DNA of 64,000 nt from Candidatus Latescibacterota bacterium (GTDB lineage: Bacteria; Latescibacterota; CBDEFO01): positions 3,040,001 to 3,104,000 of the forward strand of contig OZ252149.1 of assembly GCA_965248755.1 (NCBI GenBank). Reading direction: 5' to 3'. Both the position numbers and the translations under genes were made by a program. Of this stretch, positions 1 to 8,492 are shown piece after piece (within the stretch, counting starts at the first letter, position 1; every line of letters begins with the position of its first letter). Below the pieces are notes generated by a model, which saw nothing but the letters and a program-made list of their open reading frames with translations, was not told the origin of the DNA and did no database searches.

Positions 1-1
1 A

Positions 2-88
2 AATTCGTTCGATTCAACTTATGAATTTACTGAATATGAAAACAACAGCCATCTTCATGTAGAACGGGGTGGATATTGCGATTATTAA
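2..88 (+). CDS. Possible 3' end of a CDS entering from the left edge (..NSFDSTYEFTEYENNSHLHVERGGYCDY*)
   Basis: Open frame from the window edge to TAA at 86-88; too short to assign. Confidence 0.3.
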   Translation, partial: NSFDSTYEFTEYENNSHLHVERGGYCDY

Positions 89-201
89 ACTGATGGAACT
101 GCATATACGCCGAGGCGTCTGGGTAATTAGAAGATTCACGCACAGCTATTCCATTTCAGAGTTCTTATAGTAAGTTCAACGATACTTGAAAGGAGCACAA
201 G

Positions 202-1029
202 ATGGGACAAAAACTCTCCCTACCACTATCATTCTTTGTAGGTGTCACTTTGGTTCTTTACACTATTCTTTGGATACCTATTAATGTGAATGCGTCCACC
301 TTGCCTGATCTGAAGGGTTGGACTTTTTCAGATGATGATGCTCAAATCATCAAGTATGCTGATATGCATTCTGCAAGTGCTGTGCTTAGTAAATTGTACA
401 CGCTTTTCATAAAAGAAGGTAAAGAAGCGGTGATAGAATCTGTACCCGCGTTAGTATATAGATTCCATGAGCTAAGAAAGATACCGCCGGAAAAGCATGG
501 AGGCGAAGGTCAAGGAGAATTTGAGGGGTCGATTATAGATTTCTTGGGCAGATTAGGCGATGAGCGCTCCAAATCCGCTCTGCTAGAATCAATGGAGTAT
601 CACTGTCGAGCAGCAGTCAAAGGACTGTTAGCTATTGGACACTCGGTAGTTCCAGACATTATCAATTTAATAGGTAGCCCTCGAGTGAGAATGAAAAAGG
701 GAGCCATAGAAACCCTTCGTCAGATGGGTAAGTTGGATCCCACTTTTTTCACTAAAGATGAACGAGATAAAATCAGGAACAGACTTGTAGCGCTCTTGGA
801 GAATGAGAACGTCAAGCCCGGTGAGAATTACAGTTTTAAAGTTGTCTTGGCCTTAGACGTCTTTGGTGATCTTTCCACAATCCCTATTCTGGAAAAGATA
901 GCGGAGCAGGATTCATTCATTAATTATGGTAGATACCCAACAAGGATCGCAGCACAGAAGGCAATAGAAGAGATAAAAGTTGCGCAGCAATCAAAAAACG
1001 TGATACCGAGCCCTGTGAATTCTGAGTAA
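202..1029 (+). CDS. Exported hypothetical protein with HEAT/ARM-like helical repeats
   Basis: AGGAG RBS, hydrophobic N-terminus, repeated LGRLGDERS / LLAIGHSVV / LDVFGDLST helical motifs. Confidence 0.65.
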   Translation: MGQKLSLPLSFFVGVTLVLYTILWIPINVNASTLPDLKGWTFSDDDAQIIKYADMHSASAVLSKLYTLFIKEGKEAVIESVPALVYRFHELRKIPPEKHGGEGQGEFEGSIIDFLGRLGDERSKSALLESMEYHCRAAVKGLLAIGHSVVPDIINLIGSPRVRMKKGAIETLRQMGKLDPTFFTKDERDKIRNRLVALLENENVKPGENYSFKVVLALDVFGDLSTIPILEKIAEQDSFINYGRYPTRIAAQKAIEEIKVAQQSKNVIPSPVNSE

Positions 1030-1307
1030 TATATGTATGGGTTCCATATTTCCAGATCGAGGTGGTATGATTTGGAATATTTATGAAATCGATGGCAGTA
1101 TGTCAAATGTTTTGAAGAAGTGCATGATCGCCTCCTTCATTGACATATCTACTATCACAGCTCAATTTCTTTAAGTAAACCACCATTACTAAACCACATT
1201 CTGTTCCGCTTTCCCAAGTTTATCTGCAAGAGAAATTACTTCGTTTCTGACAACTGCAGCCTTTTTAAGGCTGAAATCTGTGAAATCACTCAAAGTCCTT
1301 CAGAATC

Positions 1308-1513
1308 CTATATATCATCCAAACTCCTAATTTCCCTCACATATTCAGCCCCACACTTCACCAGCATATCTTTGATCAGGAAACGATGGCAGAACAAATC
1401 TGCCCGGCAATAGCAGACAAGCATCACCTCTTCCATGTTGAGGACCTTATCCCACCTTTGACTGTTGTACTGATTACTCTCCTGCATCAAAAAGAATATT
1501 GGCGAGTGTATTC
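1308..1513 (-). pseudogene. DUF488-like gene remnant cut by IS3 copy 1
   Basis: C-terminal VMLVCYCRADLFCHRFLIKDML resembles the DUF488 C..CHR motif; frameshift next to the IS junction. Confidence 0.45.
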
Positions 1514-1566
1514 TGTACTGCCCCCCTGGAAAGCGACACCGATTAAGCAACTTGGGGTAGCAGATA

Positions 1567-2406
1567 TTATTGTTTTCTCCATTCTTGCAGGGTCTTGTAT
1601 CCCAGGGATGAATGAAGCCTGTTCTTGTTGTAATTATCGATCCACTGAGATATGATCTTCTCAGCCTGTTCAAAGGATTCAAACTTGTGAAGCCAAACAC
1701 ACTCTTGCTTGAGGGTCCTGAAAAAACGCTCTACAACACCGTTCCAATCGGGTTTACCACTTGGTATGTATTCCTGACGAATTCCCCAATATTCGGTACT
1801 GGCCAAATAGGCCCGAGCCAAAAAGATGGAACCATTGTCAGAGCGCAAAGTGAGACCCTGGGGGACAGCCTCCTTGGAAGTGTATCGAGAGATCACGGCC
1901 CGATCCAGGGCATCTGTGGCCTCCAGTGCCCTCCCTTTTCGACTAAAACGATACCCAGGAACCTCCCGGCTTCCGTTGTCCACCACCGCAATAAGAGGAC
2001 ACCAACCATCTTTTCCACAGTAAATCTTTGTCAAGTCACTCGACCACAAACTGTCGGGACTATCCACCACAGAACGCTTCTGGGCAACCTGTGGCCCCTT
2101 TCTCCCGGGACGATTCCACAGCTTACACTGCCACCCCTTAAGCTTCATTATCCTATGAACCTTCTTAACGTTGACACATTCCCCTTCCTTGAAACGAAGA
2201 TGCGCCCAAACCCGCCTGTGACCAAATGCCTCTTCTTGGTCCAGTATCCCTCGAATACGAAAAGCAAGCTCCTCATCTATCACAGGCTCTTTAACAGAAG
2301 AACTGACACCTCTATCCCTAAACCTATACAGAGTCGAACGATGCAAACCCAAAGCCAAAGCTACCACCTTGCGGGAATAGCCTCGACCCAAAAACCGCCC
2401 ACTCAA
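1567..2406 (-). CDS. IS3 transposase OrfB (DDE/rve)
   Basis: WSSDLT, RSDNGS and NGVVERFFRTLKQE DDE motifs. Confidence 0.95.
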   Translation of the reverse strand: MSGRFLGRGYSRKVVALALGLHRSTLYRFRDRGVSSSVKEPVIDEELAFRIRGILDQEEAFGHRRVWAHLRFKEGECVNVKKVHRIMKLKGWQCKLWNRPGRKGPQVAQKRSVVDSPDSLWSSDLTKIYCGKDGWCPLIAVVDNGSREVPGYRFSRKGRALEATDALDRAVISRYTSKEAVPQGLTLRSDNGSIFLARAYLASTEYWGIRQEYIPSGKPDWNGVVERFFRTLKQECVWLHKFESFEQAEKIISQWIDNYNKNRLHSSLGYKTLQEWRKQ

Positions 2407-2732
2407 GGCAACCGCTTCGTTTTTTTTAGACGGGCTACCTCTTCGAGTATCTCCAACTGGAGCGTCAACTGCCCTACCTTGCGCTCCAACCGGCTAACCT
2501 CTCGCTCCTTCGGATCCTTGCGACCACGCCGAGACTTCAGACTCTCCTGGCCCCCTTCTAAGAAACTATCACGCCAAGCATACGCCTGCGACTGGCTAAT
2601 TCCATTCTTACGACACACCTCAGATAGATCTGCTCCTCTCAAAAGAGCCAACACAATCTCTCCCTTACGGGTCGCCGTCCAGCGCTTACCATCTTTCACT
2701 TCGGGGCTCGACACCTTGACCTCCCTTCTCAA
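2403..2732 (-). CDS. IS3 transposase OrfA (HTH)
   Basis: HTH plus leucine-zipper segment; A8 run (T8 at 2420-2427 on +) near the end is a plausible -1 frameshift site. Confidence 0.9.
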   Translation of the reverse strand: MRREVKVSSPEVKDGKRWTATRKGEIVLALLRGADLSEVCRKNGISQSQAYAWRDSFLEGGQESLKSRRGRKDPKEREVSRLERKVGQLTLQLEILEEVARLKKTKRLP

Positions 2733-2974
2733 ACCCCAATTTGCGAAATATTTGTCGCTCTGTCAAGGGGAGCGGTATGATTCATCCTTAAACGTCTTGT
2801 GAGTCTTCCTGCCTGCTGCCCTGTCTGATGCCAGAGGCAAAACAACTATAAGTGCAAACGCTATGATTAGTGCCATTGTAACAATGTTAATCAATCGAAA
2901 CATGAGTCTCTCCTTCCGTGTATTGAAGGTAGCTTAATGATACTAAATATTTAACCCCAAATATACAAAAGAAA

Positions 2975-3391
2975 ATGACGGATGCTAATTTAGAAAATTT
3001 AGAGGGTGAGAAGTTCACCTTATCGCAGATGAAAGGGAAAGTAGTGCTCTTCGACCTCTGGGCGACATGGTGCGGTCCCTGCATAGACGCCATTCCGGAA
3101 ATCCAGAACGTTCACGACCACTTCAGCTTCGCAGATGATGTGATAATCTGGGGCATAAACAGCGGAGAACATCCCGATAAGGTGGGGGCGTTTATGGAGG
3201 AGCACAAGCCCCCCTGGCCTATTTTGCTCAACCAAAAGCGCGAAGTCAACAAAGCCTATGGCATCAGTGGCATACCGACCTTTATCCTGATAGATAAAGC
3301 CGGACGCTGGCAGCACACTCGTATAGGCTACAGCGAGTGGCTCGGTCAGGAATTGATCTGGTTGATTGAAGCCCTTCGGGCAGCGGATTAA
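2975..3391 (+). CDS. TlpA/ResA-family thiol-disulfide oxidoreductase (probably N-terminally truncated)
   Basis: DLWATWCGPC active site, GIPTFILID cis-Pro motif. Confidence 0.85.
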   Translation: MTDANLENLEGEKFTLSQMKGKVVLFDLWATWCGPCIDAIPEIQNVHDHFSFADDVIIWGINSGEHPDKVGAFMEEHKPPWPILLNQKREVNKAYGISGIPTFILIDKAGRWQHTRIGYSEWLGQELIWLIEALRAAD

Positions 3392-3600
3392 GCTTCCTTG
3401 ATTTGGTGTCGATACCGCCACACAGTGTCATTTGTTTTTCAGTAGGCAAGATGAGTATTGAATGAACGTCGCACTGAGCTTGGGAATCTCTCAAAGCTGA
3501 AGCCGAGCACCGTCATTGCGACCTCCGATTGACTCTATCGGGGGCAACGAACCAATCTCAAGGGATGGGGGGATGTATCACCTGTCTACTGTCCACTTGT

Positions 3601-5163
3601 TTAGTATCCTGTGATCCTGTTTCGGGTCAACGCTTGTCGTCTTCCAGCAGTTGTTCTCCCGACCCGCGGCGCTCGCATCACAGGTGCGGTCTTGAGCATC
3701 TGCAGGGCAATAGCCTGAGCGATCACTCTATCATCGTAGCATCCTTCCTGCGCACCCATACCGCCAGTCTCATCTCTCACAAATGTAAACATCTCTTCCA
3801 CGGTCTCCCTGCTGTTCAAGGTAACACCCTCATCTCTTAATGATCCCGCAAGTTCATCGATCATTAAGGGCTTAGTTCTGGCGTTAGTCAGCCATCCTAA
3901 TTTTCGTGAATACCTTGACGGTGAGCCTTTAGTTTCCCTGTCCACTGTCTGGCGGTAATAGACATTGGGATAGCCAAGGTAGCGCTTAAGCGTAACCAAA
4001 GTAGTCAACCCGTGGCCATTTGCCTCCACACCTACAAAGGCATCGTTGTAGAACCTCCCCAGCTTAAAAAGTTCGGTCCCGAAAAGATCAGGATCGGTAT
4101 GGCCGTGCCATTCAGCCACCTGCTCCCCCGTATCTCTTCTGACCACTTGAGCGGACGAGTAATCGCCCTTTTCGAGTCCCTCTGATACATCGGCGCCGAT
4201 CACGTACAGAGCGCCACTCTGCGGAGGCTCCCATATCTTTATTGGCCCATCTTTGGAATGTTCCAGGACGGGCCCAGAATGCGTGTCCGCACGCGCAGGT
4301 AGATCGGACGGTCTGAACCCTTCGGAAGAAATCGTGTCCATATGTAGAAAGCCTCTCGTCAAACAATCCTTACAACCGTCTAACGACACCCTCAGGAGGG
4401 CGGTATCGAACACACATCTTCCACTTATGGAGACAAAGCGCCCCCTGACCCTTATCTCCTTCTCCTCTTCTGAATAGTTCCGTTCCACCCGTTCTATTTC
4501 TTCTTTGGGGATGTAAGGATTATCGTTGAGTGCCGCGGAGAATATCGCTATATCAGGGTCAGAGCTATTTTTGTATATGTGCCTATAAAACCAGGTGAAT
4601 CCCTTCAGGGGCGTCATAGTCCCCCAGATTTCACCCTTTACGTCAACTGTTCTCATAAAACACTCGCGATAGATATCTTCAGGCGGCTCTTCATCGAACC
4701 ATATCCAGTGTCTTGTTACGCCCTGGAATTTATCCCTTCCGGAGTCACACGACTTAAAGCCTATTTCTGACCCATTTTTGAGTTTGATAATCCGGTCGGT
4801 TCTGTTCCAGACATCTATCTGGGATTCGGGCAGATATTTTCTGATCTTTTGCTCTGCGACATCCCTTGATGAAGAAAAGTCAGACGAGACGATCCATCCG
4901 AAATTTGGGACTGGGATATTTCGCTGGGGAGTGAAGCGGTGCTTCCCCAAAGCGAACATAACCACCTCTACAGCGCCAGCCTCTGTCTTCCCAGCTCTAT
5001 TTCCTGCGATAAACCAACGATTGCGCTTGGTAGATCTGTGAAATAGCCTCTGCTTTGGATGAGGCTCATACTTGGACAGAGCAGACGGAAGCCATTCGGC
5101 CTGCCGTTCGAGTTCATCAATTACAGCCTCAACTTTCTGATTGTAGCGCTTCTTTGAGTTCAT
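3601..5163 (-). CDS. terL: Phage-type terminase large subunit
   Basis: Walker A AGNRAGKT, Walker B IWFDEEPP, TMTP coupling motif, RNase H-like nuclease YVIGADV..DYS..DDRVIA. Confidence 0.9.
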   Translation of the reverse strand: MNSKKRYNQKVEAVIDELERQAEWLPSALSKYEPHPKQRLFHRSTKRNRWFIAGNRAGKTEAGAVEVVMFALGKHRFTPQRNIPVPNFGWIVSSDFSSSRDVAEQKIRKYLPESQIDVWNRTDRIIKLKNGSEIGFKSCDSGRDKFQGVTRHWIWFDEEPPEDIYRECFMRTVDVKGEIWGTMTPLKGFTWFYRHIYKNSSDPDIAIFSAALNDNPYIPKEEIERVERNYSEEEKEIRVRGRFVSISGRCVFDTALLRVSLDGCKDCLTRGFLHMDTISSEGFRPSDLPARADTHSGPVLEHSKDGPIKIWEPPQSGALYVIGADVSEGLEKGDYSSAQVVRRDTGEQVAEWHGHTDPDLFGTELFKLGRFYNDAFVGVEANGHGLTTLVTLKRYLGYPNVYYRQTVDRETKGSPSRYSRKLGWLTNARTKPLMIDELAGSLRDEGVTLNSRETVEEMFTFVRDETGGMGAQEGCYDDRVIAQAIALQMLKTAPVMRAPRVGRTTAGRRQALTRNRITGY

Positions 5164-5536
5164 CGATCTTTCCTTCGATCAGGTCCTCAAGTTCACTTCT
5201 GATCAATCTCTGCTTATCCTCTCCGCTGCTTACTTCCTCTACCTTTTTATCCTTAATCTCACTTAGTATCTTATGATAAAGACTCAGAGCAGTCATATTC
5301 CCCTCATCCATCTGCTCTTGTAATCTCATAACGAACTTGAACTCCAAAGACCTTAGGTACTGCTCCGTAAGGCCCTGCTCGAAATCCACAAAGGCGCTGT
5401 CCCTTTGCCATTGGTTATAAAGCGTTATGCTGACCTTTGCCTTCTTAAGCGCCTTTGACCTATCTCCTTGGACATCTGCATCCATCAGCGCCTCAAAGTA
5501 GGCCTTTTGCTTTTGATCCGCTTCAAAATCGGACAT
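5129..5536 (-). CDS. Putative terminase small subunit (N-terminal HTH); start at MSDFEAD
   Basis: Overlaps terL start; HTH-like ALKKAKVSITLYNQW; AAGGAAGG RBS before ATG 5536. Confidence 0.65.
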   Translation of the reverse strand: MSDFEADQKQKAYFEALMDADVQGDRSKALKKAKVSITLYNQWQRDSAFVDFEQGLTEQYLRSLEFKFVMRLQEQMDEGNMTALSLYHKILSEIKDKKVEEVSSGEDKQRLIRSELEDLIEGKIDELKEALQSES

Positions 5537-5584
5537 AGTACCTTCCTTACTAAACAACAGTGCACTATTTACCGGACAGACATA

Positions 5585-5624
5585 AATATAAAACAAACCC
5601 TGTGGTTAGTCAAACCGCAGGGTT
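5585..5624 (-). promoter_or_regulatory. Sigma70 promoter of the terminase operon overlapped by a 12-bp inverted repeat
   Basis: Minus strand TTGACT-N17-TATATT (5613-5585); AACCCTGTGGTT-agtca-AACCGCAGGGTT at 5596-5624. Confidence 0.65.
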
Positions 5625-5833
5625 CGCTATCTTCCGCTATCTTCCTATTTGGGAAAGAATTCTTTGTTTAAGGCTTAACAGACCCAGTCTAATGAAGAAA
5701 AAGATAGACAATAGACAGGCTGCTCTCTCACTATCTACTGACAACTTGCGACAAAACAGATGGGAGGATGTGCCCTGTCTACGCCCGATTGCATCCCCGA
5801 TTGAATCTATCGGGGAGCGGGGGCTACTGTCAC

Positions 5834-6595
5834 CTATCTACTGTATTCATACGATTCACCCGGCTTTAGCTTAATCACCTGTGTCCCAGGAGACAGGAAC
5901 TGGACTTCCTCTCTCAGCTGATCTATATCGGCCCTTTGATTCGGGAAAGTGTCGTAGTGGCAGGGGATCACGATTTCTGGTCTGATCAAAGACGCCGCCC
6001 TTGCGGCTTCCCTTACCCCCATTGTATATTTGCCGCCGACCGGGAGTATAGCGATCTGGGGGCTGTACATTTGACTGATCAGAGCCATATCACCGAAAAG
6101 ACCCGTATCCGCCGTATCGTACAAACTTATGCCGCTGTCCGTCCTGATCACATACCCGGCGACGCTCCCATCAGGTTCATACTTCATGGAGTCGAACCAC
6201 TCAGCCGTATGCAAGGCAGTGGAGTGAAGAGCCTGCACCATAGTAAATGTCGTGGGACCGATCGTACAGGATCCTCCGGTATTTAGGGGGCACGAGTACA
6301 ACTCATTTTCCTCGGGCGCCCCGTCGTATGTAATACCCTGTTGCGCTGCATAGGACCCTATCTCAGGGCTGCCGATAAGCACAGCCCCAGTCTGTTTGAC
6401 TACCTGGATGGAGTCCCCCAGGTGGTCTACATGACCGTGCGTCACGCAGACGACGTCAGCCTCAGTCACATCCACGACCTTCAAGTCCGACGCAGGATTA
6501 TCATTCAACCATGGATCGATGTAGATCGTCTGTCCCTCGTCCGTCTCGAACATAAACGAAGCGTGTCCTATGAACTTAATCTTAATACTCGCCAT
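5834..6595 (-). CDS. Metallo-beta-lactamase-fold hydrolase (UPF0173-like)
   Basis: GHASF, THGHVDH, DT and PCHY motifs. Confidence 0.9.
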   Translation of the reverse strand: MASIKIKFIGHASFMFETDEGQTIYIDPWLNDNPASDLKVVDVTEADVVCVTHGHVDHLGDSIQVVKQTGAVLIGSPEIGSYAAQQGITYDGAPEENELYSCPLNTGGSCTIGPTTFTMVQALHSTALHTAEWFDSMKYEPDGSVAGYVIRTDSGISLYDTADTGLFGDMALISQMYSPQIAILPVGGKYTMGVREAARAASLIRPEIVIPCHYDTFPNQRADIDQLREEVQFLSPGTQVIKLKPGESYEYSR

Positions 6596-6730
6596 AGTTT
6601 TCCCTCCTTATCTAATTTGGTTTGTGCTCTACCGGTAAGGTCAACTCACGTCAATCCCTTATGCCGATATACGCCTCCCCGAGAAGCTTGGCGAGGTTCC
6701 TTACCTACCGTCATATCTGGGAAAGACGGG

Positions 6731-7069
6731 TCATGCACATCCCGGACCCTTGACCTCTTTTTCCGCCGTATCGGCAGGGAGGAGGCTTGGGGCGAATCCT
6801 TCGGGGTCGGAGCGGTGCTGATCGAGCAGCGCTTGCAATTGCCCTATTACCTTCTCCTTGGTGGAGAGTCCGTACATATAGATTTTCATGGGGGCGATCA
6901 GTTTGAGATAGAAGTGATTGCCCGCATCGTGCGCGGCCGAACAGGCACTCGGATCCTGGGCGACCTGGAGCAGGTCTCCAAAGGTCTCCGCAAATTGGGC
7001 AAGCACCGGTTCTTCGTGAAGGTCCTGCGGGATTTCCGGAAATCTTACTATCAGTTGTTGAACTGTCAT
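6731..7069 (-). CDS. Hypothetical protein
   Basis: GGAGAAG RBS, 112-aa plausible ORF. Confidence 0.6.
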   Translation of the reverse strand: MTVQQLIVRFPEIPQDLHEEPVLAQFAETFGDLLQVAQDPSACSAAHDAGNHFYLKLIAPMKIYMYGLSTKEKVIGQLQALLDQHRSDPEGFAPSLLPADTAEKEVKGPGCA

Positions 7070-7350
7070 AGCTCTTCTTCTCCTTACTTATATTAGACAC
7101 TTACTCGAGTTGACGACGATTTCATGATACTTCAAACTCTTATGTCCCGTCCTTCTTTTTTGTTGTGGGAATCGTATTTCTATAGGCCTTTGGAAAGAAG
7201 AACCTGCGCCTGATTCAGATGAGATTTACAAGCGTTATCAAGATCCTCTATCATCCTCTGCAGACATCCCGGCCAGGGATGGGCAGAACTGCTTTCCTAC
7301 TGGGCGAGTGGACGACCCCCGATTCAACCTTGCGGGGGCAGACCTCGCCC

Positions 7351-8142
7351 CTACATTAACCCCTTAACTACGCCGCCGTCCACCTGCACAGTGACGCCCG
7401 TCACGTACCTTGCCCTGTCCGAAGATAGAAAGACCACCATATCGGCCAACTCATCAGGCTTGCCCGGGCGGCCAAGGGGAACATCACCGGAAATATCATC
7501 TATGACTTCCTCCAAAGACTGTCCAGTTTTTTCTCCCCTACCAGCAAGCAGGCTTTCCAGCCTCTGGGTCCTGATATATCCGGGGCACACGTTATTTATG
7601 CGGATATTGTATTGACCCAGTTCATTTGCCATCGTCTTGGCCACACCTACCACACCCGCCCTGTAGGAGTTGGACAAGATAAGGCTATCCACAGGCTGTT
7701 TGACCGAAAGAGAAGTTATATTCACAATAGAACCTCCTCCCTGCCTTTGCATAATAGGCACAACCTTGGTTGAGCTCCTCACCATGCTCATAAACGTGAG
7801 CTTCCAGCCTAACTCCCACTGATCTTCGCCCTGTTCCATAAAGAGACCAGCAGGAGGCCCACCGGCGTTATTGACCAGGCAATCTATTCGTCCGAACTCA
7901 TCCACAGTCCTGTCAATAAGATTCTCAATATCCTCAGCTTTGGACATATCAGTGGGGACTGCCAACACCTGGGCGCCCGTCTTCGACCTTATCTCCTCAG
8001 CGGTTTCGTGCAGTCGCTCCTCGTTGCGGGAGGATACCACGACACGAGCCCCTTCTTCGGCAAGGCCCATAGCGCAGGCCCTCCCCAATCCCAGGCTCGA
8101 ACCACCTACTACAGCCACTTTATCCTTTAGACCCAGATCCAT
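7351..8142 (-). CDS. SDR-family oxidoreductase (FabG-like)
   Basis: GSSLGLG, NNAG, VDGG motifs. Confidence 0.9.
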   Translation of the reverse strand: MDLGLKDKVAVVGGSSLGLGRACAMGLAEEGARVVVSSRNEERLHETAEEIRSKTGAQVLAVPTDMSKAEDIENLIDRTVDEFGRIDCLVNNAGGPPAGLFMEQGEDQWELGWKLTFMSMVRSSTKVVPIMQRQGGGSIVNITSLSVKQPVDSLILSNSYRAGVVGVAKTMANELGQYNIRINNVCPGYIRTQRLESLLAGRGEKTGQSLEEVIDDISGDVPLGRPGKPDELADMVVFLSSDRARYVTGVTVQVDGGVVKGLM

Positions 8143-8158
8143 AGGAGTTCTCCTTTCA

Positions 8159-8242
8159 TTATAGTCACTGGATAGTCACTTTATAGCCACTGGGGTTTCC
8201 TTATAGTCACTGGATAGTCACTTTATAGCCACTGGGGTTTCC
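8159..8242. repeat. 2 x 42-bp perfect tandem repeat built from ATAG(T/C)CACT subunits
   Basis: TTATAGTCACTGGATAGTCACTTTATAGCCACTGGGGTTTCC twice. Confidence 0.9.
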
Positions 8243-8262
8243 TTAAAAGCCAAAATCTCATC

Positions 8263-8291
8263 TTGCGGATTTTAAGCTAAATTACTATATT
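8263..8291 (+). promoter_or_regulatory. Putative sigma70 promoter for rel
   Basis: TTGCGG-N17-TATATT. Confidence 0.5.
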
Positions 8292-8492
8292 TCTTATGAA
8301 ATGGGGATAACAGAAAGGCTATCCTACTTTGATTAGTGTCTACTGAAATTAAGGGGATATGCAGTAGATGTCAAGATCAATTTTGGGATTTGCACAGGTT
8401 CTAAAAAGGAACAGAACGATATGTTCAGGCGTTACTACAAAATAGACAGGTAAAGTAGGACGTCCTATCTACTTTTAACGGTTACTAGAAAA

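Larger units (their letters stand above)
1514..2779 (-). mobile_element. IS3-family insertion sequence, copy 1 (1266 bp)
   Basis: Imperfect terminal IRs; 4-bp target duplication ATTC at 1510-1513 and 2780-2783; orfA/orfB; near-identical copy at 17520-18785. Confidence 0.95.

Noticed and set aside
1612..2802. 396-aa plus-strand ORF (and its twin at 17618-18796)
   Set aside because: Antisense shadow of the IS3 transposase
6341..7096. 251-aa plus-strand ORF and similar long antisense ORFs in GC-rich genes
   Set aside because: They overlap better-supported opposite-strand genes and show no recognisable motifs
202..7100. Intact prophage around the terminase
   Set aside because: No recognisable structural, lysis, integrase or repressor genes
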